A stretch of DNA of 35,252 nucleotides from Macrostomum lignano (lineage: Eukaryota): assembly GCA_002269645.1 (NCBI GenBank), contig NIVC01001142.1, positions 1 to 35,252 of the forward strand, in the 5' to 3' direction. Below, piece after piece: positions 11,280 through 22,610 of this stretch. The notes below the pieces were generated by a model. The model did no database searches and had not been told where the DNA came from. It saw only the letters and a program-made list of their open reading frames with translations. The stretch's first letter is position 1; each line of letters begins with the position of its first letter. The translations under genes and the position numbers were made by a program.

Positions 11280-12032
11280 CTGCAGGTCTCACACAGGTCT
11301 GCAGCTCTCACACAGGTAGGAGGGACTGCAGGTCTCACACAGTTCTGCAGGTCTCACACAGTTCTGCAGGTCTCACACAGTTCTGCAGGTCTCACACAGT
11401 TGTGCAGGTCTCACTCAGGTCTGCAGGTCTCACACAGGTCTGCAGGTCTCACTCAGGTCTGCAGGTCTCACACAGGTCTGCAGGTCTCACACAGGTCTGC
11501 AGGTCTCACTCAGGTCTGCAGGTCTCACACAGTTCTGCAGGTCTCACACAGTTCTGCAGGTCTCACACAGTTCTGCAGGTCTCACACAGGTCTGCAGGTC
11601 TCACACAGTTCTGCAGGTCTCACACAGGTCTGCAGGTCTCACACAGTTCTGCAGGTCTCACACAGTTCTGCAGGTCTCACACAGTTCTGCAGGTCTCACA
11701 CAGTTCTGCAGGTCTCACACAGTTGTGCAGGTCTCACTCAGGTCTGCAGGTCTCACACAGGTCTGCAGGTCTCACTCAGGTCTGCAGGTCTCACACAGGT
11801 CTGCAGGTCTCACACAGGTCTGCAGGTCTCACTCAGGTCTGCAGGTCTCACACAGTTCTGCAGGTCTCACACAGTTCTGCAGATCTCACACAGTTCTGCA
11901 GGTCTCACACAGGTCTGCAGGTCTCAAACAGGTCTGCAGGTCTCACACAGTTCTGCAGGTCTCACACAGGTCTGCAGGTCTCACACAGGTCTGCAGGTCT
12001 CACACAGGTCTGCAGGTCTCACACAGTTCTGC
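11280..12032 (+). repeat. 19-bp intronic minisatellite, ~39 units
   Basis: Unit ctgcaggtctcacacag(t/g)t. Confidence 0.97.
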
Positions 12033-12817
12033 TACAAAGTGATTAATCAAATTAATCTCCTTTTCCGACTGTTTTAAGCGACCGCTAACTTCACACAAAG
12101 GGTGCCCGATTAAAGAAGTCTTGACTGTTCGCCTCAATGAGTAATAAAGAATCTGGGCAAGGATCGAGGGTGAGGCCGGTGAGATCAAAGTCCTCACGGA
12201 GCCTTGGCGCCGGCGAGTCCGGGCTGAGCAGTTCTCATTAGCACTGGCTGCCAGATCTCGCTGGCTGATTAAAGACTGCTAAAAACTCAATTTTATCGCC
12301 CACGGCACGAGTCCGGGGAGTCTCTGGGGCTGCTGCGGGGTTGATGGGGCTGCCAGCACTCTGGGCTGAGCTGCTCAGTCTGGCTTAATCCTGGTCCTAT
12401 CGCTGAGTTCGGCAGAAAGTGCAGAATGAGGGCGTCATAAATCCCCTCCGCTGAGCTCAGATTAAGTGTCTAAGCTGCTTCTCCCTGTGGCTCCGTCAGC
12501 TTTCAAGCCTGCTTGCGGTGGTGGCTCCTGATTTATGGAGCAGGGCTGGGCCTAAGCAGCCTCAGGAGTCACTCACTTTGCTCAGTTTGCCTTCTCAATT
12601 CGCCCTATGCCCAGAAATGTTTCTACAAGGACCGCGTCGCGGCAGGCCAATTTGCAGAGGAGAGATGGGAATTTTCAACTCCAAGATTTTGCTGATTTTT
12701 GCAAACTTCGAAACTGATAAACTTGAGAATGCAACACTGCTAATTTTTTCGAGGTTGTTTTGAAAAAAGCAGAAAATATCAAACAGGGCTCTGCAGTGCC
12801 TTTTTTATTCAGTCTAC

Positions 12818-12849
12818 CTGACTAACCCTCCGCCCCGCCGCCTTCACAG
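12818..12849 (+). promoter_or_regulatory. Branch point and 3' splice site of the M3-M4 exon
   Basis: ctgACTAAC at 12818-12826, then a C-rich tract and cacAG ending at 12849. The duplicated copy is at 18796-18827. Confidence 0.75.
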
Positions 12850-13330
12850 GGTTGCCTACATCAAGGCCATCGACATCTGGATCATCGCCAGCATCATGTT
12901 CGTCATCGGCGCCCTCATCGAGTTCGCCGTGGCCTCCTTCCGGGCGCGGCGCACCAAGATGGAGAGCTGGCAGCAGGAGATCCGCAACGTCGTCCGCTCC
13001 GAGCTGCAACGCCTCGCCGTCATCCGCGGCCCGCCGCCCGGCCTGCCGTGCGGCCACATCGGCGGCGGCCACGGCTATCCCGGCTTCCCGGAGGAGCTCG
13101 AGGATCTCCTGGCTGTCAGCGTCGAGGAGGGCGGCGTCGGCGGCGGCGTCAGTGGCGGCGGCAAAGGCGGCGCGCCGCCAGCCTCGCCAGTGCCCGCGCC
13201 GGACTCGGACATCGACGCGTACAGCCGCTTCCTGTTTCCCGCCTGCTTCCTGCTGTACAACTGCTTCTACTGGCTGTACTACCTGGTGCTGGTGGTCAAG
13301 ATCAACCCGCCGAAGGCCGAGGCCAAGTAG
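12850..13330 (+). CDS. GluCl: GluCl-like exon 2 (M2-M3 linker, M3, intracellular loop, M4, stop); joined to B exon 1 gives a 491-aa subunit
   Basis: The splice restores LPR-VAYIKAIDIWIIASIMFVIGALIEF. M4 reads DIDAYSRFLFPACFLLYNCFYWLYYL. TAG at 13328-13330; 995+481 = 1476 nt. Confidence 0.93.
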
Positions 13331-14376
13331 CCGCTGCCGCCATCTGCCAGGTGACTTCAGATGACCTCTCCGTCTTTGCAGGGATGACAGCCGTTTAACA
13401 GTCGTTTAACAGCCTTCTACTTCTGCAGCTTTGGGAGTAGTGCGGAAATCAATGTGGCTGGCTGACTTGAATGGCTTCTCACTGATCTGTTTGAATGCTC
13501 CCCGAGTCCCGCTCCAGAATTTGAGTTTAACTGTATTCGAAATGGCGCCCAGTCCAATGAATGGGGTTTGAAGGCTGTTCATGCCCGTTCTGCCGCTCAC
13601 CTCTCTGTTGCTGTTAAATCGCATAAAAGTACACCCCAGTCGCTGTTAAATTAAAACAAATCCAGTTTTGTTAGGCGACTCTCCCGTGCTGACTTTGGAT
13701 GGCGCGAATTTCTGTAGCGAGCTGCGTTTTGTTTGGCGTCGCGCTTTTTTGGCTGCCACGAGCGCAGGTTTGCTAATGCGCACGAGCACCCTGCATGCGT
13801 ATGCAGCCCCTCTCCAATAACTGCATGCATCTGTTGATTAGCTGTGCTGATTGTAGCAAATGCTTCACTTATTCTATTCAAATTGTATTGTCAGTCCCCA
13901 TCCCAACTTGCTAATTATTGAAGCCCTTTCTATCAGGCAGACACTGAGGACAAAAATATATTTCGCTCGCTCTGATTCGCGATATAAATGCACATTTAAT
14001 TAGCCGCTGTCATGGAATTGATTTTCGCTGTTCTACCAAAATCATGGCGTTCGTTTTATGCTTCTAATATGTTTTACTTCTTTGCTGCTTTAAAGGCTAA
14101 AGGCAAAGATATGTGCGGCCGTTCCGCTGTACGCAGATGCCCTTATTGCAGGGTGCACAGCCGCCATGGCTTGATATTGTGTAGCTGGGGTGCGCTCGTC
14201 GCCTCCACAGCCGAGCCCTGGTCCGCTGGCTCGTGTTCGATAGGCTACTAACCTAAAGGCTTGTAAAACGCGTTTGGTTAGTCTTTGGCCATAGACATCT
14301 CAGCGGGCGGGCTGCTGTAGGCTGACCCGTAGGCTGACTAAACACTACTGTCTATGGCCATAACTGCTGTACTGTA

Positions 14377-15334
14377 TGTGTGCTGTACGAGTACACAGTG
14401 TTCCATGTATATGATTGCGTGCTGTACACAGTGTTCCATGTCTATGGTTGTGTGCTGTACACAGTGTTCCATGTCTATGGTTGTGTGCTGTGCACAGTGT
14501 TCTATGTCTATGGTTGTGTGCTGTGCACAGTGTTCCATGTCTATGGTCGGTTGTGTGCTGTACGAGTACACAGTGTTCCATGTATATGGTTGCGTGCTGT
14601 ACACAGTGTTCCATGTCTATGGTTGTGTGCTGTACACAGTGTTCCATGTCTATGGTTGTGTGCTGTGCACAGTGTTCTATGTCTATGGTCGGTTGTGTGC
14701 TGTTCGAGTACACAGTGTTCCATGTCTATGGTTGTGTGCTGTACACTGTTCCAGGTCTATGATTGTGTGCTGTACACAGTGTTCCATGTCTATGTTTGCG
14801 TGCTGTACACAGTGTTCCATGTCTATGGTTGTGTGCTGTACACAGTGTTCCATGTCTATGGTTGTGTGCTGTACACAGTGTTCCATGTCTATGGTTGTGT
14901 GCTGTACACTGTTCCAGGTCTATGGTTTTGTGCTGTACACAGTGTTCCATGTCTATGGTTGTGTGCTGTACACAGTGTTCCATGTTTATGATTGTGTGCT
15001 GTACACTGTTCCATGTCTATGGTTGTGTGCTGTGCACAGTGTTCCATGTCTATGATTGTGTGCTGTACACTGTTCCAGGTCTATGATTGTGTGCGGTGCA
15101 CAGTGTTCCATGTCTATGGTTGTGTGCTGTACTCAGTGTTCCATGTCTATGATTGTGTGCTGTACACAGTGTTCCATGTCTATGATTGTGTGCTGTACAC
15201 AGTGTTCCATGTCTATGGTTGCGTGCTGTACACAGTGTTCCATGTCTATGGTTGCGTGCTGTACACAGTGTTCCATGTCTATGGTTGCGTGCTGTACACA
15301 GTGTTCCAGGTCTATGGTTATGTTCTGTACTCAG
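14377..15334. repeat. 33-bp minisatellite, second copy (5'-truncated relative to the first)
   Basis: Same unit and variant order as 8453-9377, with one extra unit. Confidence 0.97.
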
Positions 15335-16157
15335 CTCTTCGGTTGAGCTGCAGATCATTTAGAAAATTAAATTCAATTAAGTAATTTGCTTAGCAGAAGC
15401 TCCTCAAAACCCGGTCCCCAGGAACCCAGGTGTGGAACAGGCTGATGAGCTGCAGGTCCAACACCGGCAAAAGTCGGTTCAGTCTCTCTCGCATCGACAG
15501 TCGCCCAGCCCTGAATTGGTGCCAAATTGCTCGACAATTTGCTCCAGCGGGGATCGCATGCGCCAAATTGATTAAAGTAATATGGGAGCTTTTTGGCCGA
15601 ATCCAGTCAGACCCGGAGTTGCTGAGCGCAGATAAGAGAGGCTGGGCTGAGCTGCAGCTCACCACTCAGAGTGAGGAAGTGGCAGTGCGGACTCACTCTG
15701 CTGCTGTTGTCTGCCTGGCAGCGGTGGGGCTCTAATGGCCGGCCGGTGTGGCTGCTGACAATGCGGGGCAGAGGCCAGGGATAATGAAACCGGGTCGGGG
15801 CAGGCCGGATTAAAGCCGGCTCGCCGAGCCGCTGCGGTCATTGGCTACCAAAGGCCAGGGAAGAGAATGAGCGGGAGAGGAAAATGGGAAGCGGATAAGA
15901 GTGTTGTTTGCGCGAGACTGATCCCCAGAACAGATATAGGAAATACTCAAATAGCGACTGCAGCCCCGCATGTCCTCCTGGCTCACCGCTACCGGCATTT
16001 GAGCTGGGAGCTAAGCTGCTCTGCTCCCATTAGCCCGGGCTGGCAGGTGCTGACAATTCCTGCTCCCAGCCTCGCACTTGCTGGGATAGCCGCTCCCAGG
16101 AGAGCGCAGAGACAGCCGGAGAGAAGAGCATCGAGAGCCAGCCATAGGCCGATCGCG

Positions 16158-17152
16158 ATGCACTTTTGGTGCCGCCTGCTGCCCGCCCTGCTGGCGGTCG
16201 CTGCTGTGTTCGCCACCGAGGAGATTCAGCCGACCAGCGGGTCGGTTCGGCCGAACTACACCAACATCGTGGACCGCATCGTGGAGGCGATCTTCCGCGG
16301 CTACAATAAGCACCAGCGGCCGGTGGAGATGCCGCCGAAGCCGGACGGCCAGCCGGCTGAGCCCGCCCCAGACGTGTCCGGCTCCAGCAAGCCGGTGCAG
16401 CCATCCACGGCCGTGGACGTCAACATGAAGATTCTCAGCATCAACAAGGTGGACGTCATCAACATGGAGTTTACGCTGGACATGTACCTGCGTCAGTTCT
16501 GGAAGGACACGCGGCTGCGCTGGGATCATCGCAAAGACTTCAGTTTCTACAACGAGTCCATCGCCATCCCCGCCAAGAAGGAGCACCTGTGGCTTCCAGA
16601 CCTGTTCTTCCGTAATGGAAAGGAGGGTTACCTGCACAAAATGACTCAGCCTAACTATCTGATCAGAGTTGAGCCCGACGGGCAGATTCTGTATTCGCAG
16701 AAGGTGACCATGAAGTTCTCGTGCCAGATGCAGTTGCAGACATTTCCCATGGACACGCAGACGTGCTTCGTGAACATCGGCAGCTACGGATACACCACGA
16801 GGAACCTGCTGTTCAAGTGGAAGCGGGACGGGCTGAAAGACCCGGTGGAGCTGGACGGCTCCATGCAGATTTCCGAGTTCAACACACCCGACTTCGCCAT
16901 TGTGGAGGACTGCACGCAGGGCAGCGCGACCAGCACAGGGAGCTACGCGTGCCTGAAGGCGATCTTCAAGCTGGAGCGGCAGCTGAGCAGCTACCTGGCT
17001 GGCACCTACATCCCCGCCATCCTCATCATTGCCGTCAGCTGGCTCAGCTTCTGGGTCAATATAGAAGCCGTGCCCGCTCGAGTTACGCTGGGCCTGCTCA
17101 CCCTGTTGGGTATCCTCACCCAGGCATCCACCGTGATGGCCAACCTGCCCAG
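16158..17152 (+). CDS. GluCl: GluCl-like subunit C, exon 1 (duplicate of B)
   Basis: Same translation as B in the ORF track. One synonymous difference noticed (ACA at 16742 vs ACG at 10785). Donor at 17152/17153. Confidence 0.9.
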
Positions 17153-17236
17153 GTAGGGACTGCAGACTCTCCTAGGCATCTACCTTGATGGCCAATCTGC
17201 CCAAGTAGCAGGTGCTGATACAACAGGAGGAGGGGG

Positions 17237-18008
17237 CTGCAGGTCTCACACAGGTCTGCAGCTCTCACACAGGTAGGAGGGACTGCAGGTCTCACACAGT
17301 TCTGCAGGTCTCACACAGTTCTGCAGGTCTCACACAGTTCTGCAGGTCTCACACAGTTGTGCAGGTCTCACTCAGGTCTGCAGGTCTCACACAGGTCTGC
17401 AGGTCTCACTCAGGTCTGCAGGTCTCACACAGGTCTGCAGGTCTCACACAGGTCTGCAGGTCTCACTCAGGTCTGCAGGTCTCACACAGTTCTGCAGGTC
17501 TCACACAGTTCTGCAGGTCTCACACAGTTCTGCAGGTCTCACACAGGTCTGCAGGTCTCACACAGTTCTGCAGGTCTCACACAGGTCTGCAGGTCTCACA
17601 CAGTTCTGCAGGTCTCACACAGTTCTGCAGGTCTCACACAGTTCTGCAGGTCTCACACAGTTCTGCAGGTCTCACACAGTTCTGCAGGTCTCACACAGTT
17701 GTGCAGGTCTCACTCAGGTCTGCAGGTCTCACACAGGTCTGCAGGTCTCACTCAGGTCTGCAGGTCTCACACAGGTCTGCAGGTCTCACACAGGTCTGCA
17801 GGTCTCACTCAGGTCTGCAGGTCTCACACAGTTCTGCAGGTCTCACACAGTTCTGCAGATCTCACACAGTTCTGCAGGTCTCACACAGGTCTGCAGGTCT
17901 CAAACAGGTCTGCAGGTCTCACACAGTTCTGCAGGTCTCACACAGGTCTGCAGGTCTCACACAGGTCTGCAGGTCTCACACAGGTCTGCAGGTCTCACAC
18001 AGTTCTGC
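17237..18008 (+). repeat. 19-bp intronic minisatellite, second copy (one unit longer)
   Basis: Offset to copy 1 changes from 5957 to 5976 across the array. Confidence 0.96.
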
Positions 18009-18827
18009 TACAAAGTGATTAATCAAATTAATCTCCTTTTCCGACTGTTTTAAGCGACCGCTAACTTCACACAAAGGGTGCCCGATTAAAGAAGTCTTGA
18101 CTGTTCGCCTCAATGAGTAATAAAGAATCTGGGCAAGGATCGAGGGTGAGGCCGGTGAGATCAAAGTCCTCACGGAGCCCTTGGCGCCGGCGAGTCCGGG
18201 CTGAGCAGTTCTCATTAGCACTGGCTGCCAGATCTCGCTGGCTGATTAAAGACTGCTAAAAACTCAATTTTATCGCCCACGGCACGAGTCCGGGGAGTCT
18301 CTGGGGCTGCTGCGGGGTTGATGGGGCTGCCAGCACTCTGGGCTGAGCTGCTCAGTCTGGCTTAATCCTGGTCCTATCGCTGAGTTCGGCAGAAAGTGCA
18401 GAATGAGGGCGTCATAAATCCCCTCCGCTGAGCTCAGATTAAGTGTCTAAGCTGCTTCTCCCTGTGGCTCCGTCAGCTTTCAAGCCTGCTTGCGGTGGTG
18501 GCTCCTGATTTATGGAGCAGGGCTGGGCCTAAGCAGCCTCAGGAGTCACTCACTTTGCTCAGTTTGCCTTCTCAATTCGCCCTATGCCCCAGAAATGTTT
18601 CTACAAGGACCGCGTCGCGGCAGGCCAATTTGCAGAGGAGAGATGGGAATTTTCAACTCCAAGATTTTGCTGATTTTTGCAAACTTCGAAACTGATAAAC
18701 TTGAGAATGCAACACTGCTAATTTTTTCGAGGTTGTTTTGAAAAAAGCAGAAAATATCAAACAGGGCTCTGCAGTGCCTTTTTTATTCAGTCTACCTGAC
18801 TAACCCTCCGCCCCGCCGCCTTCACAG

Positions 18828-19308
18828 GGTTGCCTACATCAAGGCCATCGACATCTGGATCATCGCCAGCATCATGTTCGTCATCGGCGCCCTCATCGAG
18901 TTCGCCGTGGCCTCCTTCCGGGCGCGGCGCACCAAGATGGAGAGCTGGCAGCAGGAGATCCGCAACGTCGTCCGCTCCGAGCTGCAACGCCTCGCCGTCA
19001 TCCGCGGCCCGCCGCCCGGCCTGCCGTGCGGCCACATCGGCGGCGGCCACGGCTATCCCGGCTTCCCGGAGGAGCTCGAGGATCTCCTGGCTGTCAGCGT
19101 CGAGGAGGGCGGCGTCGGCGGCGGCGTCAGTGGCGGCGGCAAAGGCGGCGCGCCGCCAGCCTCGCCAGTGCCCGCGCCGGACTCGGACATCGACGCGTAC
19201 AGCCGCTTCCTGTTTCCCGCCTGCTTCCTGCTGTACAACTGCTTCTACTGGCTGTACTACCTGGTGCTGGTGGTCAAGATCAACCCGCCGAAGGCCGAGG
19301 CCAAGTAG
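18828..19308 (+). CDS. GluCl: GluCl-like exon 2 duplicate (M3-M4)
   Basis: Acceptor cacAG at 18826-18827. Translation matches 12850-13330. Confidence 0.9.
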
Positions 19309-21155
19309 CCGCTGCCGCCATCTGCCAGGTGACTTCAGATGACCTCTCCGTCTTTGCAGGGATGACAGCCGTTTAACAGTCGTTTAACAGCCTTCTACTT
19401 CTGCAGCTTTGGGAGTAGTGCGGAAATCAATGTGGCTGGCTGACTTGAATGGCTTCTCACTGATCTGTTTGAATGCTCCCCGAGTCCCGCTCCAGAATTT
19501 GAGTTTAACTGTATTCGAAATGGCGCCCAGTCCAATGAATGGGGTTTGAAGGCTGTTCATGCCCGTTCTGCCGCTCACCTCTCTGTTGCTGTTAAATCGC
19601 ATAAAAGTACACCCCAGTCGCTGTTAAATTAAAACAAATCCAGTTTTGTTAGGCGACTCTCCCGTGCTGACTTTGGATGGCGCGAATTTCTGTAGCGAGC
19701 TGCGTTTTGTTTGGCGTCGCGCTTTTTTGGCTGCCACGAGCGCAGGTTTGCTAATGCGCACGAGCACCCTGCATGCGTATGCAGCCCCTCTCCAATAACT
19801 GCATGCATCTGTTGATTAGCTGTGCTGATTGTAGCAAATGCTTCACTTATTCTATTCAAATTGTATTGTCAGTCCCCATCCCAACTTGCTAATTATTGAA
19901 GCCCTTTCTATCAGGCAGACACTGAGGACAAAAATATATTTCGCTCGCTCTGATTCGCGATATAAATGCACATTTAATTAGCCGCTGTCATGGAATTGAT
20001 TTTCGCTGTTCTACCAAAATCATGGCGTTCGTTTTATGCTTCTAATATGTTTTACTTCTTTGCTGCTTTAAAGGCTAAAGGCAAAGATATGTGCGGCCGT
20101 TCCGCTGTACGCAGATGCCCTTATTGCAGGGTGCACAGCCGCCATGGCTTGATATTGTGTAGCTGGGGTGCGCTCGTCGCCTCCACAGCCGAGCCCTGGT
20201 CCGCTGGCTCGTGTTCGATAGGCTACTAACCTAAAGGCTTGTAAAACGCGTTTGGTTAGTCTTTGGCCATAGACATCTCAGCGGGCGGGCTGCTGTAGGC
20301 TGACCCGTAGGCTGACTAAACACTACTGTCTATGGCCATAACTGCACCAAATGCAAGTCTTTTGTGCAGTGTGGCTTGAACCTGATGAAGTTGGCCATGG
20401 ACAGCACAGAATTCTTATTGCATTTCAGCCTCAGATTAGACAACAAGGATTTAAGTTAGCATCCAGAGAGACCAGTGTCTCTGAACCTTACTGTAAGAAT
20501 TAAAACAGAATATTTGTTTACACTGATGTCGTAGAAATGTTCTGCCTAAGCAGATGTTCTGCCTCAGCTGCACAGACTACAGTGCAAATCTATTTCACAG
20601 CATACGCATTAGCCCACTGGGTAAGTTCAGAATGTTCTTTAAAACGCAGTTCTCAAAGCTTCACCAAATGTGCAGGAAAAGTTGATCCAGTTTTACCTTC
20701 AATGCTGCTCATTGGAATCAATATTTTAAAGCGGGTTGCGGGTCTGTGGCACGGCCGAGTGATGAATAATTCCTGCTTTGCGTTTGTTTTGAGCCTCGGC
20801 TACCCGCAATTATTGCTGCACCGTGAGAGTCCCAGCGGGGATGTTGCTAGGCTTGGGGCTGTCAGCGGAGTTCCACACACAGTTGCTGGACTCGCGGCAC
20901 ATCAAGAGCTCACCCGACCGAGGCGCTGCGCACTGGGCCGACGCCGCCGCCTCCCCCCCCCCCGGTTCGCTCGAAAAGATCGGAATGGACTGACCAATTT
21001 GCTGGGACTGCCTGAGTGCTCGCTCAGTGACAGGCCGGGTGCCTCTGGCCTGAGTCGGACTGAGTTCGCGAATCTGAGCACTGGCTGAGCTCTTGAAGTA
21101 GCTGTAACAAGGTCTCACTGCTGATGACGCCCGGGTTGTATCAGAGTCTGGCCAT

Positions 21156-21347
21156 GTTGGTGTCTGAGTCTCAGTCAGTTGGTGTCTGAGTCTCAGCCAG
21201 TTGGTGTCTGAGTCTCGCCCAGTTGGTGTCTGAGTCTCAGTCAGTTGGTGTCTGAGTCTCAGCCAGTTGGTGTCTGAGTCTCATCCAGTTGGTGTCTGAG
21301 TCTCACTCAGTTGGTGTCTGAGTCTCGCCCAGTTGGTGTCTGAGTCT
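21156..21347. repeat. 22-bp minisatellite, ~8.7 units
   Basis: Unit gttggtgtctgagtctcagcca. Confidence 0.95.
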
Positions 21348-21965
21348 GAATATCTGTATCTCATCATCCTGCTGCTTTGATTCAAACTCTTCGTTTAGAA
21401 ACTCCCAGCCGAAGTCCGAGGGGCACCCTGGGAAAATTCGGACGTGATCTCCCGGCAGTGAAAGTGCAGCTGCATATGGTGAAGTTTCCAATGAATTTGA
21501 AAGTTGATGGCGCTGGCTACCGCGGCACCTGCACTTCAGATGCCTTAAATGGATTTGGATTGGTTCGCCTTTACAACTGACTCGATTTTGAAATCTGCAC
21601 ACGGCGTAGCAGTGACGCGGTGGGGATTAAAATATTTTACCGGTTTACTTCGATGGAAACCGCGGTGCATTTTGGACAGATCGAATTTTCTGGAACATCT
21701 GCAAAAATTGGCGCTCCGCAATTCGGATGGAAACTCTTCAGGACGGCCGCAAGTCTAGAAAAAGCCTTGAAAATCCGTTTTAAAATTGAATTATCAAAAT
21801 GTTTGACGGCAGGAAAGTTCCGCAGATTGAAGAATTGATGAAGCAAAGGAATAATTATAGGCTGGCAAAATTTGGACAAGCAACAATAATAAGTTTCCGT
21901 TTTGACACAGTTAAATTTTTATAAAACGTTATAAGCTATATAAGGAGGAGACAGATAGATGGGAT

Positions 21966-22570
21966 GACAGACAGGCAGACAGACGGAGACACACAGACAG
22001 GCAGACGGACTGAGACACACAGACAGGCAGACGGACTGAGACACACAGACAGGCGGACGGACTGAGACACACAGACAGGCGGACGGACTGAGACACACAG
22101 ACAGGCGGACTGAGACACACAGACAGGCGGACTGAGACACACAGACAGGCGGACGGACTGAGATACACAGACAGGCAGACGGACTGAGACACACAGACAG
22201 GCGGACGGACTGAGACACACAGACAGGCAGACGGACTGAGACACACAGACAGGCGGACGGACTGAGACACACAGACAGGCAGACGGACTGAGACACACAG
22301 ACAGGCAGACGGACACACAGACAGGCAGACGGACTGAGACACACAGACAGGCAGACGGACACACAGACAGGCAGACGGACTGAGACACACAGACAGGCAG
22401 ACGGACACACAGACAGGCGGACGGACTGAGACACACAGACAGGCGGACGAACTGAGATACACAGACAGGCAGACGGACTGAGACACACAGACAGGCGGAC
22501 GGACTGAGACACACAGACAGGCAGACGGACTGAGACACACAGACAGGCGGACGGACTGAGACACAGAGAC
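21966..22570. repeat. ~26-bp minisatellite just past the annexin stop codon
   Basis: Unit cagacaggcagacggactgagacaca with deletion variants. Confidence 0.95.
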
Positions 22571-22610
22571 AATCGGAGCATGTTCGTCCAATCGGAGCAG
22601 CTTCAGCCGG

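Larger units (their letters stand above)
8453..14367 (+). repeat. Tandem segmental duplication, copy 1 (~5.9 kb)
   Basis: Co-linear with 14377-20345. The offset steps 5924, 5957, 5976, 5977, 5978, explained by one extra 33-bp unit, one extra 19-bp unit and two 1-bp homopolymer indels. Confidence 0.97.
14377..20345 (+). repeat. Tandem segmental duplication, copy 2; 9-nt junction filler at 14368-14376
   Basis: Shared sequence ends at ...ggccataactgc (14367 and 20345). Copy 2 starts inside the 33-bp array. Confidence 0.97.

Noticed and set aside
11255-12077. 260-aa repetitive ORFs after B and C exon 1
   Set aside because: Intronic 19-bp array read-through; the spliced product restores the canonical LPRVAYIKAID.
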